Origin: Microcystis aeruginosa NIES-843
GTDB taxonomy: Bacteria > Cyanobacteriota > Cyanobacteriia > Cyanobacteriales > Microcystaceae
NCBI RefSeq assembly: GCF_000010625.1
Contig: NC_010296.1
Coordinates: 3,240,001-3,272,000, forward strand
DNA length: 32,000 nt
Direction: 5' to 3'
Positions 7,492-16,136 of this stretch are shown here, piece by piece; positions within the stretch are counted from its first letter, which is position 1; every line of letters begins with the position of its first letter. The notes below the pieces were generated by a model that was given only the letters and a program-made list of their open reading frames with translations, searched no databases and was not told the origin of the DNA. A program made the translations under genes and the position numbers.

Positions 7492-7730
7492 ATACAGAAT
7501 CTGTTAACTTTATCAAAGATCATGCACTTATTCTCAAAGAAAAGTACAATGAATCCCTCGCAAAAATTAACGAAGCTGACATAAAAGGAGAGGACTCTTC
7601 TTTCTATAAAGGACAAAGCCTTGCTTATTATGATGCTCTTGATTTGATCAAGTCTCAGGTAGAAGCATTTGGTTACAACTCGAAGGAAGTCAACCTGGTT
7701 GTTCCTGAATTTGGCAAACAAGCAACTTAG
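7488..7730 (+). CDS. Hypothetical acidic 80-aa protein (possible cognate immunity/antitoxin)
   Basis: ATG 7488 overlaps the upstream TGA (ATGA), indicating translational coupling. Small acidic helical protein. Confidence 0.55.
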   Translation: MNTESVNFIKDHALILKEKYNESLAKINEADIKGEDSSFYKGQSLAYYDALDLIKSQVEAFGYNSKEVNLVVPEFGKQAT

Positions 7731-7786
7731 CTATTAAGGTATCAGGTGCGATGCCGAAGGCACTGCGTAGCAGTACGCCTATCTTG

Positions 7787-7833
7787 CAAGGTTGGATTGA
7801 CAACGGAAACCCAACATCATCCCCCTATTATTC
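7787..7833. repeat. REP-like hairpin repeat
   Basis: caaggttggattgacaacggaaacccaacatcatccccctattattc is near-identical to 674-720 and ends at the same base, directly abutting a MITE. Confidence 0.8.
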
Positions 7834-8021
7834 GGCTCTTCGTTACTTGGTATGGTTCGATAGGGGGGCATAAATCGACTAAATCCTTATCTGGCAAGAG
7901 ATTTAATTGATTAGTTCGCTCTAGATCAAAAACAATTGGCAAAAATCGAAGCAATGTCTTTCTATATAAGGGTTTCATCCCTTATAACCTCCGTCCATTG
8001 CATAACACAAACCGAAGAGCC
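7834..8021 (-). mobile_element. 188-bp ISL3-derived MITE
   Basis: TIRs ggctcttcg...cgaagagcc. The interior is homologous to the copies at 2999, 4228 and 22128, with scattered substitutions. Confidence 0.85.
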
Positions 8022-8156
8022 GGATTAAGCCGCCATCACTACTACCGAATCACCACCAAGTGTTTGTCAATGTGACATTTTGGGCGCAAGCATTGCGTCC
8101 CCACTCATCCTTAGCGTAGGATTACTGGTTACTGATTACCGATCACCGATCACTGA

Positions 8157-8423
8157 TTAGAGAATACCCGCATTAGAAAGACCGAGAACCAGTCCCGCAC
8201 CGAGAATATGGCCAAAACTCATGGTAGCCAATAATTCCGGCAGACCGAAGCTTTTTTTCGAGGCTAACTGCGGCAAGGGTAAAGCAGGGCCGGCCCCAGT
8301 ATTTTGGATGGCAAAATAACCGATAGCGAACGCTACTAGGTTAGCTAACGTCATGGTAATGCCGACGGATAAATTCCAGGGAATGGTTTGAGCGGTGGCG
8401 AAAAGTAAGGCGGAAGAGATCAT
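8157..8423 (-). CDS. psaK: Photosystem I reaction centre subunit PsaK
   Basis: 88 aa with two hydrophobic helices and the C-terminal signature SFGHILGAG..LGL.N.G.L typical of PsaK. Confidence 0.85.
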   Translation of the reverse strand: MISSALLFATAQTIPWNLSVGITMTLANLVAFAIGYFAIQNTGAGPALPLPQLASKKSFGLPELLATMSFGHILGAGLVLGLSNAGIL

Positions 8424-8543
8424 TTGCGCTCCAGTCTTGATAAGATTTTGTTAATCACAGGGAATTATAAAAAGCTCTTGACCCGAAACCGCTTTTTGTT
8501 TGAATACTTAACAGTTTTTGTAACGTTTTGTGAATAAGATTAA

Positions 8544-9182
8544 ATGCGAATTAAAATTTGCGGCATTACCCAACCGGACCAAGGACGAGCGATCGCTACT
8601 TGCGGAGCTACGGCTTTAGGTTTTATCCTCGTACCTAGTTCGCCTCGTTACGTCAAAATCGAGCAAATTAACGCTATTACCGCCGCAATACCCGACAAAA
8701 TTGATTTTATCGGTGTTTTTGCCGACGAGCAACCGGAAATTATTCAGCAGATAATTGTTAAAACCCCCTTGACAAGTGTGCAGTTACATGGTAAAGAATC
8801 TCCCGAATATTGCCAAAGGTTGCGGCAATTATTACCCGACCGGGAAATTATCAAAGCTTTGCGGATCAAAGACAGAGAAAGTTGGGAAAAGTCGGCAATT
8901 TACTTCAATAGCGTCGATACTTTACTTTTAGATGCCTACCATCCCCAATTGCTCGGCGGTACGGGACATACCTTAGACTGGCAAGCCTTAGCCAGTTTTT
9001 CGCCCCCCTTGCCCTGGTTTCTGGCCGGAGGACTCAACCCCGATAATATTAGTGAAGCTTTAACTCGGCTGCACCCCCAGGGTATTGATGTCTCTAGCGG
9101 CGTTGAGCGATCGCCTGGTGATAAAGACCTCAAAAAAGTCGCCCTCTTGCTAGAGCGACTGCAAAAATTCAGGGATCAGTGA
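8544..9182 (+). CDS. trpF: N-(5'-phosphoribosyl)anthranilate isomerase
   Basis: MRIKICGIT..., ...VQLHGKES..., ...LLDAY...GGTGHTLDW..., ...[10 protein letters not shown]..., [14 protein letters not shown] match the TrpF family pattern. Confidence 0.9.
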   Translation: MRIKICGITQPDQGRAIATCGATALGFILVPSSPRYVKIEQINAITAAIPDKIDFIGVFADEQPEIIQQIIVKTPLTSVQLHGKESPEYCQRLRQLLPDREIIKALRIKDRESWEKSAIYFNSVDTLLLDAYHPQLLGGTGHTLDWQALASFSPPLPWFLAGGLNPDNISEALTRLHPQGIDVSSGVERSPGDKDLKKVALLLERLQKFRDQ

Positions 9183-9192
9183 TCAGTTAGAA

Positions 9193-9296
9193 GGTTTTGG
9201 GTTTTAGGGTGTTGGGGTTTTAGGGTTTTAGGGTTTTAGTTGAATTCCCCCATTTCCCCATTTCCCCATGTCCCCATTTCCCCATGTCCCCATCTC
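9193..9296. repeat. Two adjacent octamer microsatellites: (GGGTTTTA)n then (TCCCCATN)n
   Basis: gggttttagggtgttggggttttagggttttagggttttag followed by tccccatt tccccatt tccccatg tccccatt tccccatg tccccatc. They lie between convergent trpF and folE. Confidence 0.85.
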
Positions 9297-9301
9297 CGGG
9301 A

Positions 9302-10000
9302 CTAGAAGAAATTGGGTTTATGACGGATCAGGTTAAGATACTCCTCGCGGGTTTTTTGCTCGTCTTGGAAGACTCCTAACATGGCGCTGGTGACAGTCCA
9401 GGATCCCGGTTTCTGCACCCCGCGCATTACCATGCACATATGAGTTGCTTCCATGACGACGGCAACCCCTTGGGGGTCGAGAATTTCTTGAATCGCTTCG
9501 GCAATCTGACGGGTGAGGCGCTCTTGGACCTGTAAACGACGGGAATACATTTCCACAATGCGGGCCAATTTACTTAATCCGACCACCTTTTGGTTAGGAA
9601 TATAGGCAACGTGGGCCCGCCCCATGAAGGGTAACATATGATGTTCACAGAGACTAAAAAAGTCAATATCGCGCACTAATACCATCTCATTATGACCTTC
9701 ATCGAAGATCGCACCATTAACGAGGGTTTCTAGGGATTGTTGATAGCCTTGGGTGAGAAACTGCATCGCTTCGGCCACCCGTTTGGGGGTTTTTAATAAA
9801 CCTTCTCTTTCGGGATCTTCCCCCACCGAGATCAGGATATTTCTGACCGCATCCATCATCTGTTCTTTGTTTTCGTCGGAAGTTGGATGAATTTGAGCGG
9901 TTTTGCCATTGTGGGTGTTGCGATCGGGGCGAGTGGTCACGCGTGCTTGAATAGCGTCGGTTAAATTACCGTTTAAACCGTTAGAAGAAGCTATGGTCAT
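9302..10000 (-). CDS. folE: GTP cyclohydrolase I (FolE type)
   Basis: ...[37 protein letters not shown]...RLQVQERLT...HMCMVMRGV... The start is set at MTIASS (ATG 10000), because the longer ORF to 10066 overlaps the upstream SDR gene. Confidence 0.9.
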   Translation of the reverse strand: MTIASSNGLNGNLTDAIQARVTTRPDRNTHNGKTAQIHPTSDENKEQMMDAVRNILISVGEDPEREGLLKTPKRVAEAMQFLTQGYQQSLETLVNGAIFDEGHNEMVLVRDIDFFSLCEHHMLPFMGRAHVAYIPNQKVVGLSKLARIVEMYSRRLQVQERLTRQIAEAIQEILDPQGVAVVMEATHMCMVMRGVQKPGSWTVTSAMLGVFQDEQKTREEYLNLIRHKPNFF

Positions 10001-10049
10001 AATGAAGAGGCCTGTAGGCGAATTGATTGATAAATAGAAGTATTTCGGG

Positions 10050-10778
10050 TTATAATGCCCCCGCACTGGGCATAATGGTCATCGTTTCCACTACGGCCTG
10101 TTTGGGCAGTAACACCGCTTGCAGAATGGCCTGAGCGATGATATCCGGGGTTAACATGGCCGAGCGATCGAAATCTGCTTTGACGCTATCGCTGTCCCAG
10201 ATGGGAGTATTGACAGCCCCGGGGATGATAATCGTGATGCGAATGGCGTTAGCCCGCTCCTCGATCGCTAAAATGCGAGAAAATGCCACTAATCCCGCTT
10301 TGCTGACACTATAGGCCCCCCAATCAGGGAAGAAATTATCGGCGGCGATCGAGGAAACGTTAACGATCGTGCCTCCCCCCTGTTGACGCATGGCAGGTAA
10401 AATTCCTTGCACACACTGATAAACACTGGTTAAATTGAGATCGATCACCCGCTGCCAGTCTGACAAAGGTGTGTCGGCCAAGGAGTTGGTGTAACCCATG
10501 CCAGCATTATTGATCAGGATATCGATCGGTCCGGATTCTTGGGCGATTTTAGCGATACTAGGAGCTACTTCCGGGATATCTGCCAAATCTAAGGGGTAAG
10601 CTTGGGCTGATACGCCTAAATCTGCCGCCATTCCCGCCACGGTTGCCAATCTTTGCTGATCGCGACCGATTAAAACCAGATTAATTCCCGCCTTGGCGAA
10701 AGCGAGGGCGGTTTCTTTGCCGATGCCGCTACTGGCTCCGGTGATCAGCGCTCGCTGTTGACGAATAACAGAGTTCAT
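10050..10778 (-). CDS. Short-chain dehydrogenase/reductase (SDR) family oxidoreductase
   Basis: TGASSGIGK cofactor motif, NNAG, and YSVSKAG catalytic Y..K. It lies immediately upstream of folE on the same strand. Confidence 0.85.
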   Translation of the reverse strand: MNSVIRQQRALITGASSGIGKETALAFAKAGINLVLIGRDQQRLATVAGMAADLGVSAQAYPLDLADIPEVAPSIAKIAQESGPIDILINNAGMGYTNSLADTPLSDWQRVIDLNLTSVYQCVQGILPAMRQQGGGTIVNVSSIAADNFFPDWGAYSVSKAGLVAFSRILAIEERANAIRITIIIPGAVNTPIWDSDSVKADFDRSAMLTPDIIAQAILQAVLLPKQAVVETMTIMPSAGAL

Positions 10779-11123
10779 GGTATAATCTGAAATCTCTTAA
10801 TTCTTGGTAGTTAGGGCAAAATTTTGGCGGTTGGGGGAACCCTAGAAAAGTTTAAGGGAGTTGGGTTGGATCGGAGCAATTTTTCTCGCACCAAAACTGC
10901 TGCGGCCACCCCAGGCGGGGGGAAGCATTGACTATCAGGTAGGTTCAAGATTAAGAATCGTTACAAAATTTTACCTAGCCAATTATAGCACTGTTAAGTC
11001 AGGGATCACTAATTTTTGTGTATATTCAGATAGATATCTAACCAGGGAGAGAAAAAAGCGGCCTGGTGGGCGAGAATTCTTGAGGCTGTCTTTGTCGAAA
11101 ACTCCCTCCCTCCGCGCTGAAAA

Positions 11124-12029
11124 CTACTCACCAGAGGAGATGGCAGCGGTGGGTTGAGTGCGATTGACAATCACCACTCGATCGCCGATAACGGGACTTC
11201 TAGCGAGGAGACTTCCCTCGTTATCCCTCATTTCCAAGCGGCGAAAATCGAGACTTTGGCAACGTTGAAAAACCGAATTAGCCAATTTATCCTGTTGTGA
11301 TGCCTCCAGACTATACCAATTATCGCCCAAAATAACTACTAGACGACTAGCCAAAAAATCCGCTTCTACGGTAGAAATAATACCGGCGGGATAACGAGTA
11401 GTTAAATCGGTAATTTCCTCTTGAATGGCTGCGACTAAACTTTGTTCGGGAGTTAATCGCGGTTTTGCTTTGGTAATCGGGACGGGAATCGGTGCCTCTG
11501 GTGCGATTAATTCTGGGGGAGTTTCGATAATTTCCCCGGCTGCCGGGGAAGGACTAGAGACAACTTCAGGCATATTTTCGGCAATTTCCGCAGGATTTTT
11601 CGGTAAACTGACCACAGCTACTAATAGGATAGTGACTAAACTTCCTGTTAACAAGCCGGTAATTAACCAATCGGGAATTTTTTCGCTAATTCCCCCCGGT
11701 AAAAGTCGGCGAATTTTGCTCAAAATCGTCGTCCACCACCCTTCCACCTGCTCGAAATCAGGTAAAATATCGTCGATTCCCTCCGCTGCTTCGATTGGAG
11801 AATCTGGGGTTAAACTTTGCTCAACTTCTGCGAATTCATCTGGTTTTAAAGCAGCGGCTAACTGTTGCGTTGAGTTAAGAAGATTATCAACAGCAACTTT
11901 TGGGGGTAACACTGTCCCCGTTCCCGTGTTAAGTTGGGAAACGATCGAATTTAACTGCTCGATCGCCTCTTGTAGTCGGATCACTGTTTCTGCTTGGCTG
12001 AAATTCTCTCGCTCATTTGGTTGAGTCAT
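11124..12029 (-). CDS. Hypothetical protein with a central transmembrane segment
   Basis: 301-aa ORF with a hydrophobic stretch, ITGLLTGSLVTILLVAVVSL. The antisense ORF 11425..12024 is low complexity and was rejected. Confidence 0.6.
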   Translation of the reverse strand: MTQPNERENFSQAETVIRLQEAIEQLNSIVSQLNTGTGTVLPPKVAVDNLLNSTQQLAAALKPDEFAEVEQSLTPDSPIEAAEGIDDILPDFEQVEGWWTTILSKIRRLLPGGISEKIPDWLITGLLTGSLVTILLVAVVSLPKNPAEIAENMPEVVSSPSPAAGEIIETPPELIAPEAPIPVPITKAKPRLTPEQSLVAAIQEEITDLTTRYPAGIISTVEADFLASRLVVILGDNWYSLEASQQDKLANSVFQRCQSLDFRRLEMRDNEGSLLARSPVIGDRVVIVNRTQPTAAISSGE

Positions 12030-12077
12030 AATTAATTCTTCTTAACCCGCTGCCATTCTTTTTCAAAATATCATTCT

Positions 12078-12485
12078 ATGCGCCGTTTTCTCGGTTTTTT
12101 AACCAGTATTTTCCTTGTCTTCCTGACCGCTTGTGGTAGTGTCACTCCCCCGCAAGAATTTGCCCCTGACGGAGAAATCGTCGCCAAAGCCCTTTTATTA
12201 CAATTTCGTCACACATCCGATCGCCTTAGTCAATCTTTACAGATCGATGATCCGCAGGTAAAAATTGCTAAAATTAATGTCACCAGTCTGGAACCGCTTT
12301 ATGTGGGCAATTTACCCGTTTATCACTTGCAGGGAGATTACGATCTAACTCTACAATTGCCCCATCAAAAAGATACCAAACAACACAACAATTTTGATCT
12401 TTATTTACAAAGACAGATCGAGGGGAAAACTTGGCGTTTACTGGAAGAAGTTGCCTCACAATGGCGCAGCTATTTAGTGAAATAA
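12078..12485 (+). CDS. Hypothetical lipoprotein
   Basis: The signal peptide ends in the lipobox LTAC (MRRFLGFLTSIFLVFLTAC|GS). Confidence 0.6.
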   Translation: MRRFLGFLTSIFLVFLTACGSVTPPQEFAPDGEIVAKALLLQFRHTSDRLSQSLQIDDPQVKIAKINVTSLEPLYVGNLPVYHLQGDYDLTLQLPHQKDTKQHNNFDLYLQRQIEGKTWRLLEEVASQWRSYLVK

Positions 12486-12565
12486 CCGGAAAAAGCCAGG
12501 GGATTTTGCTAAGTAGCTGGTTATAATTAAATTGAAGATAGATTTTGGGTTCGATCCCCCCTGCC

Positions 12566-12758
12566 CCCCTTGATAAGGGGGGTGCCGATAGGCGGGGGGA
12601 TCTACCCTTGATAAGGGGGGTGCCGATAGGCGGGGGGATCTACCCTTGATAAGGGGGGTGCCGATAGGCGGGGGGATCTACCCTTGATAAGGGGGGTGCC
12701 GATAGGCGGGGGGATCTACCCTTGATAAGGGGGGTGCCGATAGGCGGGGGGATCTACC
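12566..12758. repeat. 38-bp tandem repeat, 5 contiguous copies
   Basis: Unit cccttgataaggggggtgccgataggcggggggatcta. The tgataa landmark recurs at 12571, 12609, 12647, 12685 and 12723. There are no spacers between units. Confidence 0.9.
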
Positions 12759-12796
12759 TTAGCAATGACAATCCTCAAAGGGAAAATTTAGCGATT

Positions 12797-13156
12797 ATGA
12801 TTACCTGTCCTCGTTGTCAGCACAAGGTCGATAGTCAAGCCTTGCAATGTCCCTACTGTTTGAATATTTTCAAGGCCTATGGTCATCCCGGCATGACCCT
12901 GCATCAAGCTGTCACCAGCGAGTTTTTGTGTGAGACTTGTCTTTATCATGGCGATGATAGCTGTAATTTTCCCCAACGTCCCTACGCTACCAGTTGCACT
13001 TTATACAAAAATAGCCAAATAATAGCCGAAAAAATTCCTCCTCTCCCTCTCCCTAGGATGTTGAAAAATTGGTGTCTCAGGAATAAGGGATTATTGCTAT
13101 TATTAACCATGATTTTGGGCAGTATTGCCCTGGCTTTTATAAACTCACGTCGTTAA
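12797..13156 (+). CDS. Zinc-ribbon protein with a C-terminal transmembrane anchor
   Basis: MITCPRCQHKV...CPYC...CETC... and C-terminal LLLLLTMILGSIALAFI. The listed ORF start at 12722 lies inside the tandem repeat, so ATG 12797 is preferred. Confidence 0.55.
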   Translation: MITCPRCQHKVDSQALQCPYCLNIFKAYGHPGMTLHQAVTSEFLCETCLYHGDDSCNFPQRPYATSCTLYKNSQIIAEKIPPLPLPRMLKNWCLRNKGLLLLLTMILGSIALAFINSRR

Positions 13157-15134
13157 TTTTTTTGCTGGCGATCAAGCCTTGATATAAATCTAGATCGAAC
13201 CAGAAAGTTGTGCCAATTCCCACTTCACTAATCAAATTAATTTGACTATAGTGTTTTTCGATAATATTTTTAACGATCGATAATCCTAATCCCGTCCCTT
13301 CTAGGGTATGAACGCGATTTTCTACCCGATAGAAGCGATCGAATATGGCACTTTGATCCTCGGCATCGATGCCAATACCAGTATCGGATACTTCCACGCG
13401 AATTTTGGGAGTTTCTTGGGGATTATCTCTGCTTATTTTATAGGCACGAATCACCACTTTACCGCCAGCAGGAGTAAATTTTAGGGAGTTACCGACTAGA
13501 TTAGTTAATACCTGTAAAAGTAGATCATAATGACCTAAAATTGGTAGTAAATTGGCTTCAATTTCCGAGCTTAATTCTAGTCCTTTATCCCTAGCATTGA
13601 GTTGATAAGTTCTTAGGGTTTGTTCGATTAATTGTCCGATATCGATCGCATCTAAGTTATAGTTACGGGAGGATTCTAACCGAGAAAGATCGAGAACATC
13701 ATTAACCAAACGAGTTAAGCGATCGGTTTCATGATTAGCGGTTTCTAAAAACTCTCTTTTTTCTGTATCGCTGAGATCCTCACCAAATTCTGTCAGGGTT
13801 TCAATAAAAGATTTGATGTTAAACAAAGGGGTTCTTAACTCATGGGAAACATTGCTGATAAATTGACTTTTTGCCTCATTTAATTCTGTTTCTCTAGTGA
13901 TATCCTGTAGCGTCATGGCAATTCCCCGGACATTCTCCCGATGCTGATCGAATACCTGAGTTAACAAAAGGCGAATTGTCCGGGTTTTCGGGTTAGTTAA
14001 AGATAATCTAAATTCTGCTGGGGAATAGTTATTATTTTCCTGATCAATAACAGCATTTTTAGGATGATGATTTTGATTAGCCGATTCTTCTGGCTGGAGG
14101 GTTTCTCCTGCCGCAATTTGATAGAGAGGTTTAGTTAGTCTAACCGTTAACTCCGAAGGAAAAAGATGTAGAACATTTTGACCGATAATTTCCCGATCTT
14201 CCCAGCCAAATATTTCCCGAGCTGCGGGATTAATTAATAATAATTGAAAATTAGTATCTAAGAGAATTGCTCCATCAGCAATAGTGGACATTAACGTATC
14301 TAATTTGGCTTTTTCGGCGGTCATTTCTTCGATATTTTGTTCTTCGTATCGTTCTAACTTTTCCGCCATTTCATTAAAACTGAGAATTAATTCCCCTAAC
14401 TCTCCTCCCAGGGGTAAATCAACGCGCTGCTTAAAATTTCCTGCTGCAATATTTTTGACCCCGACTAATAACTCCTTGATCGGTTTGGTGATAGTTAAAG
14501 CATTAAAAACCGCCCCCAGAATCACCATGGCCCAAATCGAGACAAAAACGGCAATAGTCACATCACGGGTTAGATTAGAAGAAGCGACCACAATAGCGTT
14601 AGGATTGATCCCGATCGCTAATACTCCCAAATATTTGCCCTCATGATTTAAGGGAACAAAGACATCGGTTACTTCACCGTCGGGGGTTTTATGCTGACGG
14701 ATGAGGGGAGTTTCCCCATTTTCGCCATAATTTTCCGGTAATTGAATGCGACGCTCAATCGTCAGGGAGTTCTTAACTTCGGCGGTAGAATAGGGAATGC
14801 CGAAAAATATTTGACCCTCCTCGTTAGCGTAGATCAAATAACGCACACTGGAGGTACTACTATAAAAACGGGCTGAAAAACGGGCTAAATCGGTTAAATT
14901 GTCCTCAGCAATCAGAGGGGAGACATTAGCGGCTAATAACAGCCCTAAATCCCGGCCAAAACGGGTATCATTGAGACGGACATCCTGCTGGATCGTGTTA
15001 ACCGCCCAAAAGGTTAAACCACTCATCAACAAAGAAACGGCTAAAGTAGCCGCAGCCATTAATTTAGTTTGGAGGGTGAATTCAGACCACCAACGGGCGA
15101 TCGCTTCTCGGAGAATGGGCAGAAAATTAAACAC
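13137..15134 (-). CDS. nblS: Membrane sensor histidine kinase with two TM segments, HAMP, PAS, HisKA and HATPase domains (NblS/Hik33 type)
   Basis: N-terminus ...ILREAIARWWSEFTLQTKLMAAATL..FWAVNTIQ.D.RLNDTRFGRDLGLLLAANV, then ITKPIKELL (HAMP), AEKAKLDTLMSTIADGAILLD (PAS), H-box SHELRTPL, and G-boxes DTGIGI / GTGLGLSIV. Length and layout match Hik33/NblS as I recall them. Confidence 0.75.
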   Translation of the reverse strand: MFNFLPILREAIARWWSEFTLQTKLMAAATLAVSLLMSGLTFWAVNTIQQDVRLNDTRFGRDLGLLLAANVSPLIAEDNLTDLARFSARFYSSTSSVRYLIYANEEGQIFFGIPYSTAEVKNSLTIERRIQLPENYGENGETPLIRQHKTPDGEVTDVFVPLNHEGKYLGVLAIGINPNAIVVASSNLTRDVTIAVFVSIWAMVILGAVFNALTITKPIKELLVGVKNIAAGNFKQRVDLPLGGELGELILSFNEMAEKLERYEEQNIEEMTAEKAKLDTLMSTIADGAILLDTNFQLLLINPAAREIFGWEDREIIGQNVLHLFPSELTVRLTKPLYQIAAGETLQPEESANQNHHPKNAVIDQENNNYSPAEFRLSLTNPKTRTIRLLLTQVFDQHRENVRGIAMTLQDITRETELNEAKSQFISNVSHELRTPLFNIKSFIETLTEFGEDLSDTEKREFLETANHETDRLTRLVNDVLDLSRLESSRNYNLDAIDIGQLIEQTLRTYQLNARDKGLELSSEIEANLLPILGHYDLLLQVLTNLVGNSLKFTPAGGKVVIRAYKISRDNPQETPKIRVEVSDTGIGIDAEDQSAIFDRFYRVENRVHTLEGTGLGLSIVKNIIEKHYSQINLISEVGIGTTFWFDLDLYQGLIASKKINDVSL

Positions 15135-15248
15135 GGTTAGGCAGCATTAATCGGTGTTCTTGAGGAGTCTATCGCTCAAATCGCGGGTTAACACGATCAT
15201 CTTAACTCATTATTAAGCTGGTAGCGGTTAAGCTGGCAGTAATCTCAT

Positions 15249-15596
15249 CTAAGTCTCCGAGAAAGTCAAGAAATGCCCAAAAGCGCCAAGAGTTCTAATT
15301 TTAGCTACCCCCGGTACCTCTGTGGTGTAAATACTGAACACACCTAAATTTTGCCGTTGACTAGAGGTTTCGATCGCTGGTTTTAAGATTTGATTTTTGA
15401 TCACATTTCTGGCTGCCACTGGCAAAGAATCGATCGAGCCACAGAGACTGATTTTCTCGCAAGCGATTTTGTCGGCATGAGCGAGGAGTTTTTCCGAGGC
15501 GTATTCGCTGTAAAGTTCTTGGGGTGGATTGGTAAATCCCATAATCCCCGCTACCACCCCCAAGGCGATCGCTCCCTTGAAGAAATTACCCCCCAT
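15249..15596 (-). CDS. Hypothetical N-terminally membrane-anchored protein
   Basis: 115-aa ORF with N-terminal helix GAIALGVVAGIMGF. It has the conserved-cyanobacterial look (possibly DUF4359, not verifiable here). Confidence 0.5.
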   Translation of the reverse strand: MGGNFFKGAIALGVVAGIMGFTNPPQELYSEYASEKLLAHADKIACEKISLCGSIDSLPVAARNVIKNQILKPAIETSSQRQNLGVFSIYTTEVPGVAKIRTLGAFGHFLTFSET

Positions 15597-15671
15597 AGCT
15601 ACTTAGCTCCTTGATTTTGTCTTCTCCACTCTATTTTGACAAGACATTTGCGATCTGGCTAGGGAGCGGCG

Positions 15672-15851
15672 TTAACTTCTTAAACCAATACCGGGTGCAT
15701 AGCACTCTAGTACATTTCCCGTCAGACTGCAGCTAATTAACAGATAATCACAGTGAGAACAGGCGGTGCTAACGAGATGGTGTTCTAAAATATGCTGTCT
15801 TTCGGCAAAATTTCCACAATTAGGACAGCGCACTTGTTGCAGGGTGATCAT
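15672..15851 (-). CDS. Small zinc-ribbon protein
   Basis: MITLQQVRCPNCG....CSHC. An alternative ATG lies at 15863. Confidence 0.45.
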   Translation of the reverse strand: MITLQQVRCPNCGNFAERQHILEHHLVSTACSHCDYLLISCSLTGNVLECYAPGIGLRS

Positions 15852-16136
15852 AGCAAACCTCATTAATTAGTTATCTTCTGTATATCAAGCTAGTTTTTCT
15901 TGATCCCAATCGGTTTAAGTCTATTTTTTCCTTGATCCCCATTATGGAGTCGATCATCTGATCTTGCTAGTAATTTTTACTAAACTTTGCAATTTTTCTG
16001 GAAAATTTTAATAATTTCTTTCTGGTGTTTTTTACCTTGATCGGATAGGTATCGGTAATTTTGGGGAAGAGAAAACCAGAAAGTGAACTATTGATCCCTT
16101 ACTGCTATAATTACGGCTGAGATTATTGATTATCCT

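Noticed and set aside
7332-7721. 129-aa reverse-strand ORF
   Set aside because: It is antisense to the coupled 7144..7491 / 7488..7730 pair, its composition is typical of AT-rich antisense frames, and it has no start context.
10861-11157. 98-aa ORF with a TTG start in the SDR upstream region
   Set aside because: No SD and an odd composition. It spans an intergenic promoter/terminator region and overlaps the end of the 11124..12029 gene.
11425-12024. 199-aa plus-strand ORF
   Set aside because: It is fully antisense to the 301-aa gene at 11124..12029, with a Ser/Gly/Ile-rich low-complexity sequence.
12541-12570. gggttcgatcccc motif resembling a tRNA T-arm (possible tRNA or att-site remnant)
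   Set aside because: The upstream sequence is AT-rich and cannot form acceptor, D or anticodon arms. The match is only a few bases and belongs to the G/C-run repeat family.
12566-12758. 38-bp repeats as a CRISPR array
   Set aside because: The units are contiguous with no unique spacers, and there are no cas genes or leader. This is a plain tandem repeat.
14284-15150. Plus-strand ORFs 14284..14646 and 14899..15150
   Set aside because: They are antisense shadows inside the well-supported histidine kinase gene.
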